Origin: Limnochordia bacterium
GTDB lineage: Bacteria > Bacillota > Limnochordia > DTU080
Reading direction: 5' to 3'
Assembly (NCBI GenBank): GCA_050951545.1
Contig: JBMNJG010000007.1
Location: forward strand, 1-64,000
Length of the DNA stretch: 64,000 nt
Part shown: piece by piece, positions 38,851 to 48,632 of the stretch
Numbering within the stretch: the stretch's first letter is position 1
How the letters are laid out: the number at the start of each line of letters is the position of its first letter
The notes under the pieces: generated by a model
Seen by the model: the letters and a program-made list of their open reading frames with translations, nothing else
Databases searched by the model: none
What the model was told of the DNA's origin: nothing
Made by a program: the position numbers and the translations under genes

Positions 38851-39762
38851 ATGTCCTCTGATCCTGGGGCGCAGATGGGTCGTGAGCGCCTGATACTGAT
38901 CTTCATCACTCTGATCACGGCCGTCTTGGGCACGATATTTTCTTCCATGCTTGTGTTCGCTCCGGCCCCCTTGGCAGTGCTTCTGTACAGACATGGGTTG
39001 CGCTCCGGCATATCTACAGCTCTGCTGTCAGGGCTCGTCGTTGGGGGATTGATGCAACACCCGATTCCGATGATACTCGTCCTGTTTGTGCTAGGGTTGG
39101 GGGTTGCGATCGGCGAAGCGTGGCGCGACGGGCTGACGCTGCGGCAGACTCTGACAGTGGGCTGGGGGGCTGCTTTCCTGGCTTTCGCAGCTTTCTTCAT
39201 CGTGTCGAAACTGGTGTTCGGCATCGATCTGCTAGATGAGGCTTTGAAGCTGTGGGTTGAGCAATTGGGCCGCATAGGTACTGTTGGCGGAGCCCTGCCT
39301 CTTTCGGAGGCTGAGTTGGCGAAGATCTCCAAGCACCTACGGACGGTGTGGCCGGGAATGATGGCTATGTCGTCCGCGTGTATCTGTTTTGCGAATTACT
39401 GGCTAGCTGGGCGTTGGCTCTTGCGCTTGGGGGCGGACGTGCCTTGGTTTCCACCCTTTGCTCACTGGCGTTTCCCGTGGTATTTCACCTGGGGCTACAT
39501 CGCCGGGATAGGGTTGCCTCTGCTTCCGGCTGGTCTGCAGACGTCGTGGTTGCTTGCCCTGGCGGCCAATCTAGAGATGATATTCCGGTTTGTGTTTGCG
39601 GTTCAAGGGCTGGCTGTGGTTTGGTTCTATCTATCTAGATGGGGTGTTCGCAAGTGGGTGACCATCATCATTGCGGTGCTTTCCACGATACTGATGCCCC
39701 TGCTGGTTTTTGTGGGATTGCTAGACTCCTGGTTTGACCTAAGGCGCCTCGATCTGCTATAG
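38851..39762 (+). CDS. YybS/DUF2232 membrane protein
   Basis: Multi-TM; PPFAHWRFP, QGLAVV, GLLDSWFDLRR; conserved position after rpsR. Confidence 0.85.
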   Translation: MSSDPGAQMGRERLILIFITLITAVLGTIFSSMLVFAPAPLAVLLYRHGLRSGISTALLSGLVVGGLMQHPIPMILVLFVLGLGVAIGEAWRDGLTLRQTLTVGWGAAFLAFAAFFIVSKLVFGIDLLDEALKLWVEQLGRIGTVGGALPLSEAELAKISKHLRTVWPGMMAMSSACICFANYWLAGRWLLRLGADVPWFPPFAHWRFPWYFTWGYIAGIGLPLLPAGLQTSWLLALAANLEMIFRFVFAVQGLAVVWFYLSRWGVRKWVTIIIAVLSTILMPLLVFVGLLDSWFDLRRLDLL

Positions 39763-39829
39763 ATGGTGAAATAGAGGGTGCTGATGGCAATAGTGCAAGC
39801 TGAGAACGATCATCATCGGGGGGTTGAGC

Positions 39830-40276
39830 ATGCGTATCATCCTAACTCAGGACGTAGAAAAAATCGGCAACAGAGGCGACATCGTGAATGTGGCCGATGG
39901 CTATGCACGTAACTACCTCATGCCGCGCGGGATGGCTATTCAGGCCACCAAGGCCAATTTGCGGCAGTGGGAGCATGAGAAGAATGTCGCGGGCAAAAAG
40001 GTGCTGAAAGAGGAAGAGGAGGCCAAGGCGCTGGCTGAGCGCTTGTCTGGAGTCACGGTAACGATCACCGCGAAGACAGGCGAAGGTGGCCGTCTTTTTG
40101 GCTCTGTGACCTCTCAGGATGTAGCCGATGCTGTGCAGAGTGCCTGCGATGTGGAGCTAGACAAGCGGCGCATTGACATGGCTGAGCCCATCAAGAACTT
40201 GGGTGAGTATGTGGTTCCCGTAAAGCTTTACCAAGGGGTTAACGCAGAGGTTATGGTGAAAGTGGTTGCTGAGTAG
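39830..40276 (+). CDS. rplI: 50S ribosomal protein L9
   Basis: MRIILTQDV, VADGYARNYL, GRLFGSVT. Confidence 0.96.
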   Translation: MRIILTQDVEKIGNRGDIVNVADGYARNYLMPRGMAIQATKANLRQWEHEKNVAGKKVLKEEEEAKALAERLSGVTVTITAKTGEGGRLFGSVTSQDVADAVQSACDVELDKRRIDMAEPIKNLGEYVVPVKLYQGVNAEVMVKVVAE

Positions 40277-40377
40277 CAACCCATGGGCTGGCCGGGCTGG
40301 CCCGCGTGCAGGTTTGGGGGGCTAACCTCACAGATGCCCGCTTGGGGGGGAGGGCGGCGCCCGGTGCCGCAAGGTTC

Positions 40378-42441
40378 ATGAGACTGTCATGGCATAGAAG
40401 GCAGAAGGCAAAGCCGAAACTTCGTCGCATTTCATCTTCTGAGAAGCAGAAGCTTCTTCGTAGAGTGGACGCGTTGTATGATGTGCTGGCCAGCATTATC
40501 GGGACAGACAGGCTTGTCTTAAAGGCTGGTAAGCTCGATGCTCTGGACCTGATGCGTTCAAAAGAGGTCTCTGAGCGTGTGTTGGGGCTGCGGCGCATCG
40601 TCTTCGAGGACCCCACCATCGATGATCTGGGTGGTAGCGACGATATCTTCCAGGTGCTTGATGCGATCGAGGAAGAGCTGGCCGAGCTTGTGGCGCGGCG
40701 AAGCGTGGAAGATTCCCTCGAGAAAAAAGTGGCTGTCAAGATGCAGGCGCGACATGATGATTACCTTAAGGAGTTGCGCATGCAGGTATTGCGAGAGGAG
40801 AGCGGCCCCGATAACGCCCAGACTTTGCGCAAATATGCCGAACTAGAGAAATTGGATCGCCGGCACCTGGCCCGCTCTGCCGTGGAGCTGTTACGGCCGA
40901 GTTCCATTGATGAGGTGGTAGGTCAGCAACAAGCCATCGCGGCTCTGTTCGCCAAGATCGCATCGCCATTTCCTCAGCATGTGCTCTTGTACGGTCCGCC
41001 TGGTGTAGGTAAGACGACCGTGGCTCGTCTTGCTCTGGAGTATGCTAAGTCGTTGGCATTCACCCCCTTCGATGCCGAGGCGCACTTTGTTGAAGTCAAT
41101 GGAGCGACGTTGCGCTGGGATCCCAGAGAAGCTACTAATCCTCTCTTGGGTTCGGTTCACGATCCCATCTACCAGGGTGCCCGGCGCGATCTGGCTGATG
41201 CAGCAGTGCCGGAGCCGAAGCCGGGTTTGGTCACCGAGGCCCACGGCGGTGTGCTTTTTATCGACGAAATAGGCGAACTCGATCCGATGCTCCAGAGCAA
41301 GCTGCTAAAGGTTCTAGAAGACAAACGGGTTCATTTCGAGTCTGCCTACTATGATCCCACAGATCCCAATGTGCCGAAGTACATCCACAAGCTCTTTGAG
41401 GAAGGAGCCCCAGCGGATTTCCTGCTTATTGGGGCCACCACTCGTGATCCGTCCGAGATCAACATGGCCCTGCGGTCAAGGTGTGCCGAGGTTTTCTTCG
41501 AACCCCTGACTTCCGATCAGGTAATCACCATTGTGGAGAATGCTGCACATAAGCTCAACGTACACCTCGAGCCAGGTAGTGCGAAGCTGATCAGTACGTA
41601 CACCGTGGAGGGGCGTAAGGCTACCAGCGTGCTTGCAGATGCCTACGGTGTGGCCCTCCAACGCGTCTATGGCGGCGATCGTCAAGTTCCCGACGAGCAG
41701 GCACTCCCTACGGTTCCGGCAGTGGTTCCCATTGGGCGCCAGGATGTCGAGGAAGTAGCGCGTGTGAGTCGCCTTCTGCCATATGCGCATGTGCGGGGTT
41801 CTCATAAGGCAGAAATTGGCAAGATCCTTGGTCTGGCCGTGAGCGGCTACCTCGGATCGGTCTTGGAGATCGAAGCCGTCGCTTTTCCAGCCACTCAACC
41901 GGGTAAAGGCTCGTTGCGCTTCAATCAGACAGCGGGATCAATGGCGCAGGATTCGGTCTTCAATGCCGCTGCGGTTGTGCGATTGCTCACTGGGGAGAAT
42001 CTGGCGAACTGGGATGTCCACGTCAACGTGGTAGGTGGAGGGCGTATCGATGGTCCCTCGGCTGGTGCAGCGGTGGTCATGGCCATTACGAGCGCCATCT
42101 TAGAGTGGCCGATCCGGCAGGATGTGGCCGTGACCGGGGAACTCTCGATTCAGGGATACGTCAAGCCTGTGGGTGGAGTATACGAGAAGCTCTTTGGCGC
42201 GAAACAGGCCGGGATCGTCTGCGCTGTGGTGCCACATGGGAATCTGGCGGAACTACCAGCGAAGTTGCCAGGCCTAAAAGTGGTTACGGTCTCCCATGTT
42301 CAGGAGATGCTTCCCGTTCTCTTCCATGGCGAACCAGGGCGCCGCCCCTTGGGTTACCTCAACCAGGTGGCAGCGGCTCATGATCCAGCGGCAGAGGTAG
42401 ATCCGCCACCCTTGCCTGCGCGCCGTGCCCCTGGGGTCTAG
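40378..42441 (+). CDS. lonC: Lon-family ATP-dependent protease (LonC type)
   Basis: GPPGVGKT, TLRWDPRE, LFIDEIGELD, IDGPSAG, VGGVYEK. Confidence 0.88.
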   Translation: MRLSWHRRQKAKPKLRRISSSEKQKLLRRVDALYDVLASIIGTDRLVLKAGKLDALDLMRSKEVSERVLGLRRIVFEDPTIDDLGGSDDIFQVLDAIEEELAELVARRSVEDSLEKKVAVKMQARHDDYLKELRMQVLREESGPDNAQTLRKYAELEKLDRRHLARSAVELLRPSSIDEVVGQQQAIAALFAKIASPFPQHVLLYGPPGVGKTTVARLALEYAKSLAFTPFDAEAHFVEVNGATLRWDPREATNPLLGSVHDPIYQGARRDLADAAVPEPKPGLVTEAHGGVLFIDEIGELDPMLQSKLLKVLEDKRVHFESAYYDPTDPNVPKYIHKLFEEGAPADFLLIGATTRDPSEINMALRSRCAEVFFEPLTSDQVITIVENAAHKLNVHLEPGSAKLISTYTVEGRKATSVLADAYGVALQRVYGGDRQVPDEQALPTVPAVVPIGRQDVEEVARVSRLLPYAHVRGSHKAEIGKILGLAVSGYLGSVLEIEAVAFPATQPGKGSLRFNQTAGSMAQDSVFNAAAVVRLLTGENLANWDVHVNVVGGGRIDGPSAGAAVVMAITSAILEWPIRQDVAVTGELSIQGYVKPVGGVYEKLFGAKQAGIVCAVVPHGNLAELPAKLPGLKVVTVSHVQEMLPVLFHGEPGRRPLGYLNQVAAAHDPAAEVDPPPLPARRAPGV

Positions 42442-42456
42442 CTAGGAGGGCTAGCT

Positions 42457-43389
42457 GTGCTCACTGCTATGCCTATCGATGGTTGCACACGTGTAGTAGG
42501 GGTCTTCGGAGATCCAGTAGAGCACACACTGTCGCCACCTATGCAGAACAGGGCTTTCGTCGCTATGGGCTTGCCTTATGTCTATGTGCCCTGGCATGTA
42601 CTAGCTCAGCGCCTAGCTGACGCAGTGAGCGCCATTCGAGCCTTGGGGTTGGCGGGTGTGAATGTCACCATACCGCATAAGGTGGCGGTGATGGGGCTAC
42701 TCGATGAGTTGACGCCGGAGGCTCGCCTGATCGGCGCCGTAAATACCATTGAAAACCGAGACGGGTGGCTGGTCGGTCATAACACGGACGGCCCGGGTTT
42801 TCTGCGATCGCTCACCGGCGAAGCGGGTGTGAGCCCGCAGGATCGGCGAGTTCTGCTTTTGGGGGCTGGCGGTGCTGCGCGGGCGATTGCCGTGCAGATG
42901 CTATTGGCGGGCGTTCATAGCCTGGTTCTTGCCAATCGCACCTTGGAGCGGGCTCGGCAACTGCAGCAGTTGCTGGGCGGGGTAGCGCCGCAAACCTTGG
43001 TAGAAGTTGTTCCGCTAGACACTAGCTCATCGGCTTTTTTGTGGGAACTCAGCACAGCAGACATCTTGGTGAACACTACGTCTGCAGGTATGTATCCCCA
43101 CCATACCGAGCCAGCGTTGCTTTCGGCGGCGCTGTTGCGTAGTGAGCTTCTCGTCTGCGATATCGTCTATTCGCCGCGGCGCACGTCACTATTGGTTGAG
43201 GCCGAGCGGGCTGGGTGCACAGTCTTGCCGGGACTGGGCATGTTGGCCCATCAAGGGGCTATGGCCATTGAGATCTGGACGGGTAGGAAGGCCCCGGTGC
43301 AGCTGATGAAGGAAACCCTGGACGAAGAGCTAGCCAGGCGCGAACTGAAAAGCGATGCTTCGGAGGGAAGATGCGATGTCAGAGACTAA
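42457..43389 (+). CDS. aroE: Shikimate dehydrogenase
   Basis: HTLSPPMQN, NVTIPHK, GAVNT, NTDG, GAGGAARA, DIVY. Confidence 0.92.
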   Translation: MLTAMPIDGCTRVVGVFGDPVEHTLSPPMQNRAFVAMGLPYVYVPWHVLAQRLADAVSAIRALGLAGVNVTIPHKVAVMGLLDELTPEARLIGAVNTIENRDGWLVGHNTDGPGFLRSLTGEAGVSPQDRRVLLLGAGGAARAIAVQMLLAGVHSLVLANRTLERARQLQQLLGGVAPQTLVEVVPLDTSSSAFLWELSTADILVNTTSAGMYPHHTEPALLSAALLRSELLVCDIVYSPRRTSLLVEAERAGCTVLPGLGMLAHQGAMAIEIWTGRKAPVQLMKETLDEELARRELKSDASEGRCDVRD

Positions 43390-44626
43390 AGGATGCCCGC
43401 AGCAGGGGGCAGATGGCGACCTGGTAGTGCGGCAAGGATGCGTCTACACATCGGAGGGTTTCGTAGAGAATGGCAGCGTGGTGATTTGCGAAGGGCGCAT
43501 TGTCTTTGCCGGGCCGGACGGCCAACTGCCGGAGATGGTGGATGTACCTTGGAGCGGGCGCCAGGTCCGTGTGCCGGATCTACCCACGCTGAACGCCTGT
43601 GACTGCATCGTCTGCCCAGGGCTGATCGATGTACACATGCACGGTGGTGCGGGCCGCGACGTGATGGATGCTCGCCTCGACTCGCTACAGATGATGGCGG
43701 CAGCGCATGGCAGGCACGGCACCACCACGTTTCTGGCTGGATCGATCACGGCGTCTCAGGAGGCGCTAGAGGCGGTTGCCTGGACCGTAAAGGAGGCCAT
43801 GCGAGCTTCACAGCAGCCTGATTGGGGTGGAGCGCAGATTGTCGGTCTGCATCTTGAGGGGCCCTACCTGAGTGTGGAGAAGGCTGGGGCACAAAACCCG
43901 GCCTACCTGCGTCGTCCCTGTCGCCATGAGATTCAGCGTCTTTTTGACATTTTGGGCCCTGGTCTGCGCCATATCACGCTGGCGCCGGAGTTGCCGGGAG
44001 CCTTAGAGATCATCCCTTGGCTGCGGCAGCAGGGCATGCGGGTAGCCATAGGTCACACCGCTGCCAGCTACGAGATCGCCATGGAGGCCATCGCCGCTGG
44101 CGCTGATCACGCCACCCACACCTTCAACGGTATGGTCTCTTTGCATCATCGGGAACCCGGGGTGCTGGGCGCAGTCTTGGGGTCTACAGGGGTGACGGCG
44201 GAGCTCATAGCGGACGGGATCCATATCCATCCGGGTGCCATGCGGGTAGTGTGGCAGGCCAAAGGAAGCTCCCATGTCTGCTTGGTTACCGATTCTGGGA
44301 TGGCCATGGATATGCCAGATGGGCGCTACCTGCTTGGCGAACTGCCTGTGGAAGTCAAAGATGGCGTATGTCGCCTGGTGGATGGCGGAGCGTTGGCCAG
44401 CAGCACATTGGGCATGGATCAGGCAGTGCGCAACATGGTGCAGCTTGTAGGGGTGCCTCTAGCGGAGGCTGTGGACATGGCCACTGCAGTGCCAGCCCGT
44501 CAGTTGGGCATGAGCGATCGCAACGGTTCGGTGCAGGTGGGCAAAGATGGCGACCTATGCTTGCTGGGGCCTGATCTGCTGTGTCGGGAGACGGTGGTTG
44601 CTGGCAGAGTCTTACCGCGCGTCTAG
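43376..44626 (+). CDS. nagA: N-acetylglucosamine-6-phosphate deacetylase
   Basis: PGLIDVHMHG, HLEGPY, GHT, THTFNGM, ADGIHIHP, VTD. Confidence 0.92.
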   Translation: MSETKGCPQQGADGDLVVRQGCVYTSEGFVENGSVVICEGRIVFAGPDGQLPEMVDVPWSGRQVRVPDLPTLNACDCIVCPGLIDVHMHGGAGRDVMDARLDSLQMMAAAHGRHGTTTFLAGSITASQEALEAVAWTVKEAMRASQQPDWGGAQIVGLHLEGPYLSVEKAGAQNPAYLRRPCRHEIQRLFDILGPGLRHITLAPELPGALEIIPWLRQQGMRVAIGHTAASYEIAMEAIAAGADHATHTFNGMVSLHHREPGVLGAVLGSTGVTAELIADGIHIHPGAMRVVWQAKGSSHVCLVTDSGMAMDMPDGRYLLGELPVEVKDGVCRLVDGGALASSTLGMDQAVRNMVQLVGVPLAEAVDMATAVPARQLGMSDRNGSVQVGKDGDLCLLGPDLLCRETVVAGRVLPRV

Positions 44627-45766
44627 CTCTTGGTTCGTCAGCCTTTTCTGGTCATACATGGCCCTGTCAGCCTCATACAGGGCTGCAGGGATATCGGCAG
44701 TGTCGATGGCATGGGCGTAGCCCATGCTAGCAGAGACCCTGATTCCTCTGGCTGACCATTCCTCTTCAAAGCTCTCGGTGACACGGAGCAAAAGCTGCTG
44801 CAGGTCACCCATTTCTTGATGCGTTCGCTGGGTGAGCAAGACGACGAACTCGTCTCCCCCAAAGCGAAACACATGCTCGCCTCCGGCAGCGGCAGCCAGA
44901 TATTTGGCAAAGGACCTCAGTACTCGGTCGCCCATGGCGTGACCGAAGGCATCATTGGCGGCCTTTAGACCGTTGAGATCAAAGGTGGCTAGAAAGTAGG
45001 GGGCATCGGGACGCTGCATCAGGCTGCCCAGTCGCTCATCCCAGGCGTGCCGGTTACCCACCTCTGTCAGAGCATCGCGATGAGCCAGACGCGTGAGGCG
45101 CTTGCGTTGAGCGTACAGCCGGGTGCACTGCCCTGTGCTAAAGACGGTGGCGGATGCTACCAGCAGCGAGGATGCGCCAGCATACTGATAGGCGAGGGCA
45201 GTCAAGATTCCCGTCAGCTGCATGCTCGGACCAGCCCAGCCCTCTGCCAGGATCAGATCATGCAGTATGTCCCACGGGTGGCAGCCTTTTTCTCTAGCGA
45301 CACAAAGACTCGTGGCGATTAGGTTCAGCAGCCAGCGCACGAAGAGCACCCCCACAGCCGCAGCCATACCAGCCCCGCTATATGGGCCAGTCCGATAGCC
45401 CGATAGAGTAAAGAGACCTCCTGCAAGGAATGTGGGGAGGATGCTATTGGCGAGGTTCAGGAGGAGCTTTTGGGGAGGCTGGTGGAGGCGCCAGGCGACA
45501 CGTAGAGTCACACAGGTGTCCATAAGCACTGCGAGGTGGGTGGGCAAGAGCAGGCGCCCAGCGGCCGTAATGGGGGCGCTGACAGGAGACAGGACGCCTC
45601 CCTCTAACTTCAGGTGCCAGTGGGACAGCAGAAGGGCAAGGGCGACAAAGAGGCCTAGTGTATCAAGCTGGGTGATCTCAACCTGGGAGATGGCCCAGAC
45701 TAGCACGACGCTTGCCGCAGCGATGAAGGTAGTCAACAGCATACGGGTCAGCCGCAATGCGGACAC
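44612..45766 (-). CDS. Membrane-bound diguanylate cyclase (multi-TM sensor plus GGDEF, no obvious I-site)
   Basis: DALTEVGNR, DLNGLKAANDAFGH, RFGGDEF, ADRAMY; no RxxD before GGDEF. Confidence 0.9.
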   Translation of the reverse strand: MSALRLTRMLLTTFIAAASVVLVWAISQVEITQLDTLGLFVALALLLSHWHLKLEGGVLSPVSAPITAAGRLLLPTHLAVLMDTCVTLRVAWRLHQPPQKLLLNLANSILPTFLAGGLFTLSGYRTGPYSGAGMAAAVGVLFVRWLLNLIATSLCVAREKGCHPWDILHDLILAEGWAGPSMQLTGILTALAYQYAGASSLLVASATVFSTGQCTRLYAQRKRLTRLAHRDALTEVGNRHAWDERLGSLMQRPDAPYFLATFDLNGLKAANDAFGHAMGDRVLRSFAKYLAAAAGGEHVFRFGGDEFVVLLTQRTHQEMGDLQQLLLRVTESFEEEWSARGIRVSASMGYAHAIDTADIPAALYEADRAMYDQKRLTNQELDAR

Positions 45767-45963
45767 CTCCTAGTCCTACCTAGGGCATTGGTCCTAGTCC
45801 ACAATGATATGAGTGTAAGGTTTGCGTATCGCGGGTCATGGCCTTCCTAGAAAAGACAGACATGACTTTGGGCATTTGCCAACATGGCCTAAGACGGGAT
45901 GAGCTCCGGTGATGGATTTCGGGGCTCACAGCGATCACCAGGCTGGCGGGGCACCCTACAGGC

Positions 45964-46395
45964 ATGTGGGTACGTTTTGTCGTCTACGGCATCTTAGGGT
46001 GGACCGTCGAGATTATCTGGACGGGCTTGGGAGGCATACTGCGCGGCGACCCGCGGCTGGCGGGGCGTACCTATCTTTGGATGTTCCTTATCTATGGTCT
46101 GGCTGCACCTGTGCTCGAGCCCATACATGCCCTTGTGGAGTCATGGATCTGGCCTCTACGGGGTCTGGCCTGGATGCTGAGTATCTTCGCCATCGAGTAT
46201 GTCACAGGATGGTTGCTGCAAGAGTTCACTGGGACTTGCCCTTGGGATTACACGGGTGTTCGTTTTTCTGTCCACGGGTTGATCCGCCTGGACTATGCTC
46301 CGGCCTGGTTTGTCTTGGGCCTACTCTTTGAGCGGTTACACCGCCTCTTGATCACCCTCACCCCATCAATTCTGCAGGTACTGCGCCTGCGATAG
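45964..46395 (+). CDS. Putative ABC-transporter type IV/CmpB-like membrane protein
   Basis: YGILGWTVE, WMFLIYG, CPWDY, GLIRLDYAPAWF. Confidence 0.75.
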   Translation: MWVRFVVYGILGWTVEIIWTGLGGILRGDPRLAGRTYLWMFLIYGLAAPVLEPIHALVESWIWPLRGLAWMLSIFAIEYVTGWLLQEFTGTCPWDYTGVRFSVHGLIRLDYAPAWFVLGLLFERLHRLLITLTPSILQVLRLR

Positions 46396-46462
46396 GTCTC
46401 TTTGCTGGAAACGGAAAGGACAAATGCCGGGTCATGGCTAACACCTGTCTCAGCACGTCTTC

Positions 46463-47764
46463 GTGAGAGAAACCGAAGGCACAAAAGGGGACAGACTCTC
46501 GGTGGAAGACAGCCTGCGCAGTGGTGAGCCATGTCTGGGTGAGCCCGATTTCCGCCCCACCGTACTTCTGCTTTGGCTGGGTTATGTGGGGTACTATCTG
46601 GGGCGGGCCAATCTGGCCCTGGCTCTGCCCGTACTTCTCAAGCAGTACGACATTCCTTACACACTAGCTGGTGCCGTCGCTACGGCTGGGTACGTTTGTT
46701 ACGCCGTCGGCCAGCCTGTTCACGGCATGCTTATCGATCGTTTCGGCGCCAAACCCTTCTTTCTGTTGGGGCTGGCTGTCTCTGCAGTGGCCAATCTTGC
46801 CATTGGGTGCATGTCGGCTCCTGTCTGGATGGCAGTCGTGTGGGGGATAAACGGGTTTTTCCAGGCCTGCGGGTGGCCAGCGTTGGTCAAAGTGGCGGAT
46901 GCCTGGTTGCCAGCTAGAGGTCGGGGCCGATTGATGAGTGTGTTGGCAACCAGCGCGCATGTCGGTAGTGTGCTGTCGTGGGCCGTGGCCTCTCTGATGG
47001 TCATCCGCTTTGGCTGGCGCTATGTCTTCTGGGTGCCGGCGTTGGCGGTAGGTCTGGTCTGGGTGGTCAGCTTGCTTTTTTTGCGTGAGCGTCCCGCAAG
47101 ATCATCGGTGGCGGCAAAACTCAGCGAGAAGGAAGTGCTCCCCTTTGCACAGCAGGTGGTTCAGATCGTAGGCAACCCGCAGATTCGGTGGACGGCGTTC
47201 ATCTTAGCCTGCGTCAACTTGATCTACAACGCTGTCTTGGCCTGGTTGCCGACGTATCTGATGGATGCGGGCTTAGCCTTAGCCAACGTGGGTTGGCGTT
47301 CCGTGGCTTTTCCTGTGACCAATGCCATGGGTGCCCTGCTGGTGGGCAGGCTGCTTGATGCTCGGGGCAATGGTCGCCAGACGGGGGTGCTCGTTCTAGT
47401 TCAGGCGGGGCTAGCTTTGGCGTTGTCGGGCCTTCTTCTGGCCCAGCCTAGTTCGATCTGGGCTCTAGTCAGTCTGGCTATGGTGGGCTTATGTATCGCA
47501 GGGGCCAACTTCCTGGTAACTGGGCCCATTCCACTTATGATCAGTATGGGCTCCAGTCAGGGTTTTACTGTCGGTATCATCAACGGCTTTGGCTATGTGG
47601 GTGCCTCTTTGGGGAGTTTCTTGACGGGTTGGTTGGTGCAAACAAGCGGCTGGTCGTCCGCACTGCGGCTGTGGTTGGTCGTGGCCCTTATGGCGTGGGC
47701 GGGCGCGGTTCGCTGTTGCCGCAGCATGACGCAGCGGCAGATCACATATGGAGGTGTGGTATGA
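46463..47764 (+). CDS. MFS transporter (OPA/GlpT-like)
   Basis: YYLGRAN, GMLIDRFG, NGFFQACGWP, about 12 TM helices; start uncertain. Confidence 0.85.
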   Translation: MRETEGTKGDRLSVEDSLRSGEPCLGEPDFRPTVLLLWLGYVGYYLGRANLALALPVLLKQYDIPYTLAGAVATAGYVCYAVGQPVHGMLIDRFGAKPFFLLGLAVSAVANLAIGCMSAPVWMAVVWGINGFFQACGWPALVKVADAWLPARGRGRLMSVLATSAHVGSVLSWAVASLMVIRFGWRYVFWVPALAVGLVWVVSLLFLRERPARSSVAAKLSEKEVLPFAQQVVQIVGNPQIRWTAFILACVNLIYNAVLAWLPTYLMDAGLALANVGWRSVAFPVTNAMGALLVGRLLDARGNGRQTGVLVLVQAGLALALSGLLLAQPSSIWALVSLAMVGLCIAGANFLVTGPIPLMISMGSSQGFTVGIINGFGYVGASLGSFLTGWLVQTSGWSSALRLWLVVALMAWAGAVRCCRSMTQRQITYGGVV

Positions 47765-48618
47765 GCTTCCCATTATGGGTACGTTTCGGTGAACAGCTTC
47801 TCGAGCACATTGACCGAACAAAGACGCCTCCGGGCTCTCTGGCTATTTGGTATTTGGGGCAGATGGGTCTGGTGCTCAAGGGCGCAGAGACGACAGTTTA
47901 TGTCGATCCCTACTTGAGTGATCCGCATAGAAAGGACGAGACAGGCCGTCAGGTTCCTAGGCGGAAATTCCCGCCGCCGTTTTCAGGCAGTGATATTCGC
48001 CATGCCGATGTTGTGCTTGGTACGCATAACCACAGTGATCACATCGACTTGCCTGCCCTGCAGCTGATAGCCGCCAGTTCTGCACAGGCGCGCTTTGTGG
48101 TACCAGCACCGCATGTCGATGTACTGACGGGGGCTGGCATCGCTGCTTCCAGGGTGCTGGCAGCCCGGGTGGGCCAGACGTTCAAGTATGGTCCGCTGAC
48201 GGTAACGCCGATCCCTGCTGCGCATGAGGAGTTGGAGCGTGATCGTCAAGGCGATTATACATGCGTGGGCTATGTTCTGCAGCTAAACGGCGTGACACTG
48301 TATCACGCGGGCGATACCGTTGAGTACCCGGATCTGCTGTCCACACTGCGTGAATGGCAGCTTGACGTGGCCTGTCTGCCCATCAACGGCCGCGACTTGC
48401 TGCGCAATCGCCGCAGTATCGTCGGGAACATGAACTTTCGCGAAGCAGTCGATGTCGCCTGCGGTGCGGGTGCAGGGCTGATCATCCCCATGCATTACGA
48501 CATGTTCGCTCACAACAGCGAGAACCCAGCTTTCTTCGTCGACTATCTGTATCGCACGTACCCGGCTCAGTCTTTCAAGATCATGGTGCCGGGGGAGCGC
48601 TTGGTGTATGTGCAGTAG
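47761..48618 (+). CDS. MBL-fold hydrolase (UlaG-like)
   Basis: WYLGQMG, THNHSDHID, YHAGDT, IPMHYDMF. Confidence 0.85.
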   Translation: MSFPLWVRFGEQLLEHIDRTKTPPGSLAIWYLGQMGLVLKGAETTVYVDPYLSDPHRKDETGRQVPRRKFPPPFSGSDIRHADVVLGTHNHSDHIDLPALQLIAASSAQARFVVPAPHVDVLTGAGIAASRVLAARVGQTFKYGPLTVTPIPAAHEELERDRQGDYTCVGYVLQLNGVTLYHAGDTVEYPDLLSTLREWQLDVACLPINGRDLLRNRRSIVGNMNFREAVDVACGAGAGLIIPMHYDMFAHNSENPAFFVDYLYRTYPAQSFKIMVPGERLVYVQ

Positions 48619-48632
48619 CGTGAGATAGGAGG

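Noticed and set aside
37800-39332. Long antisense ORFs over ssb, rpsR and yybS, and similar shadow ORFs throughout
   Set aside because: Shadow frames of well-supported genes in GC-rich DNA
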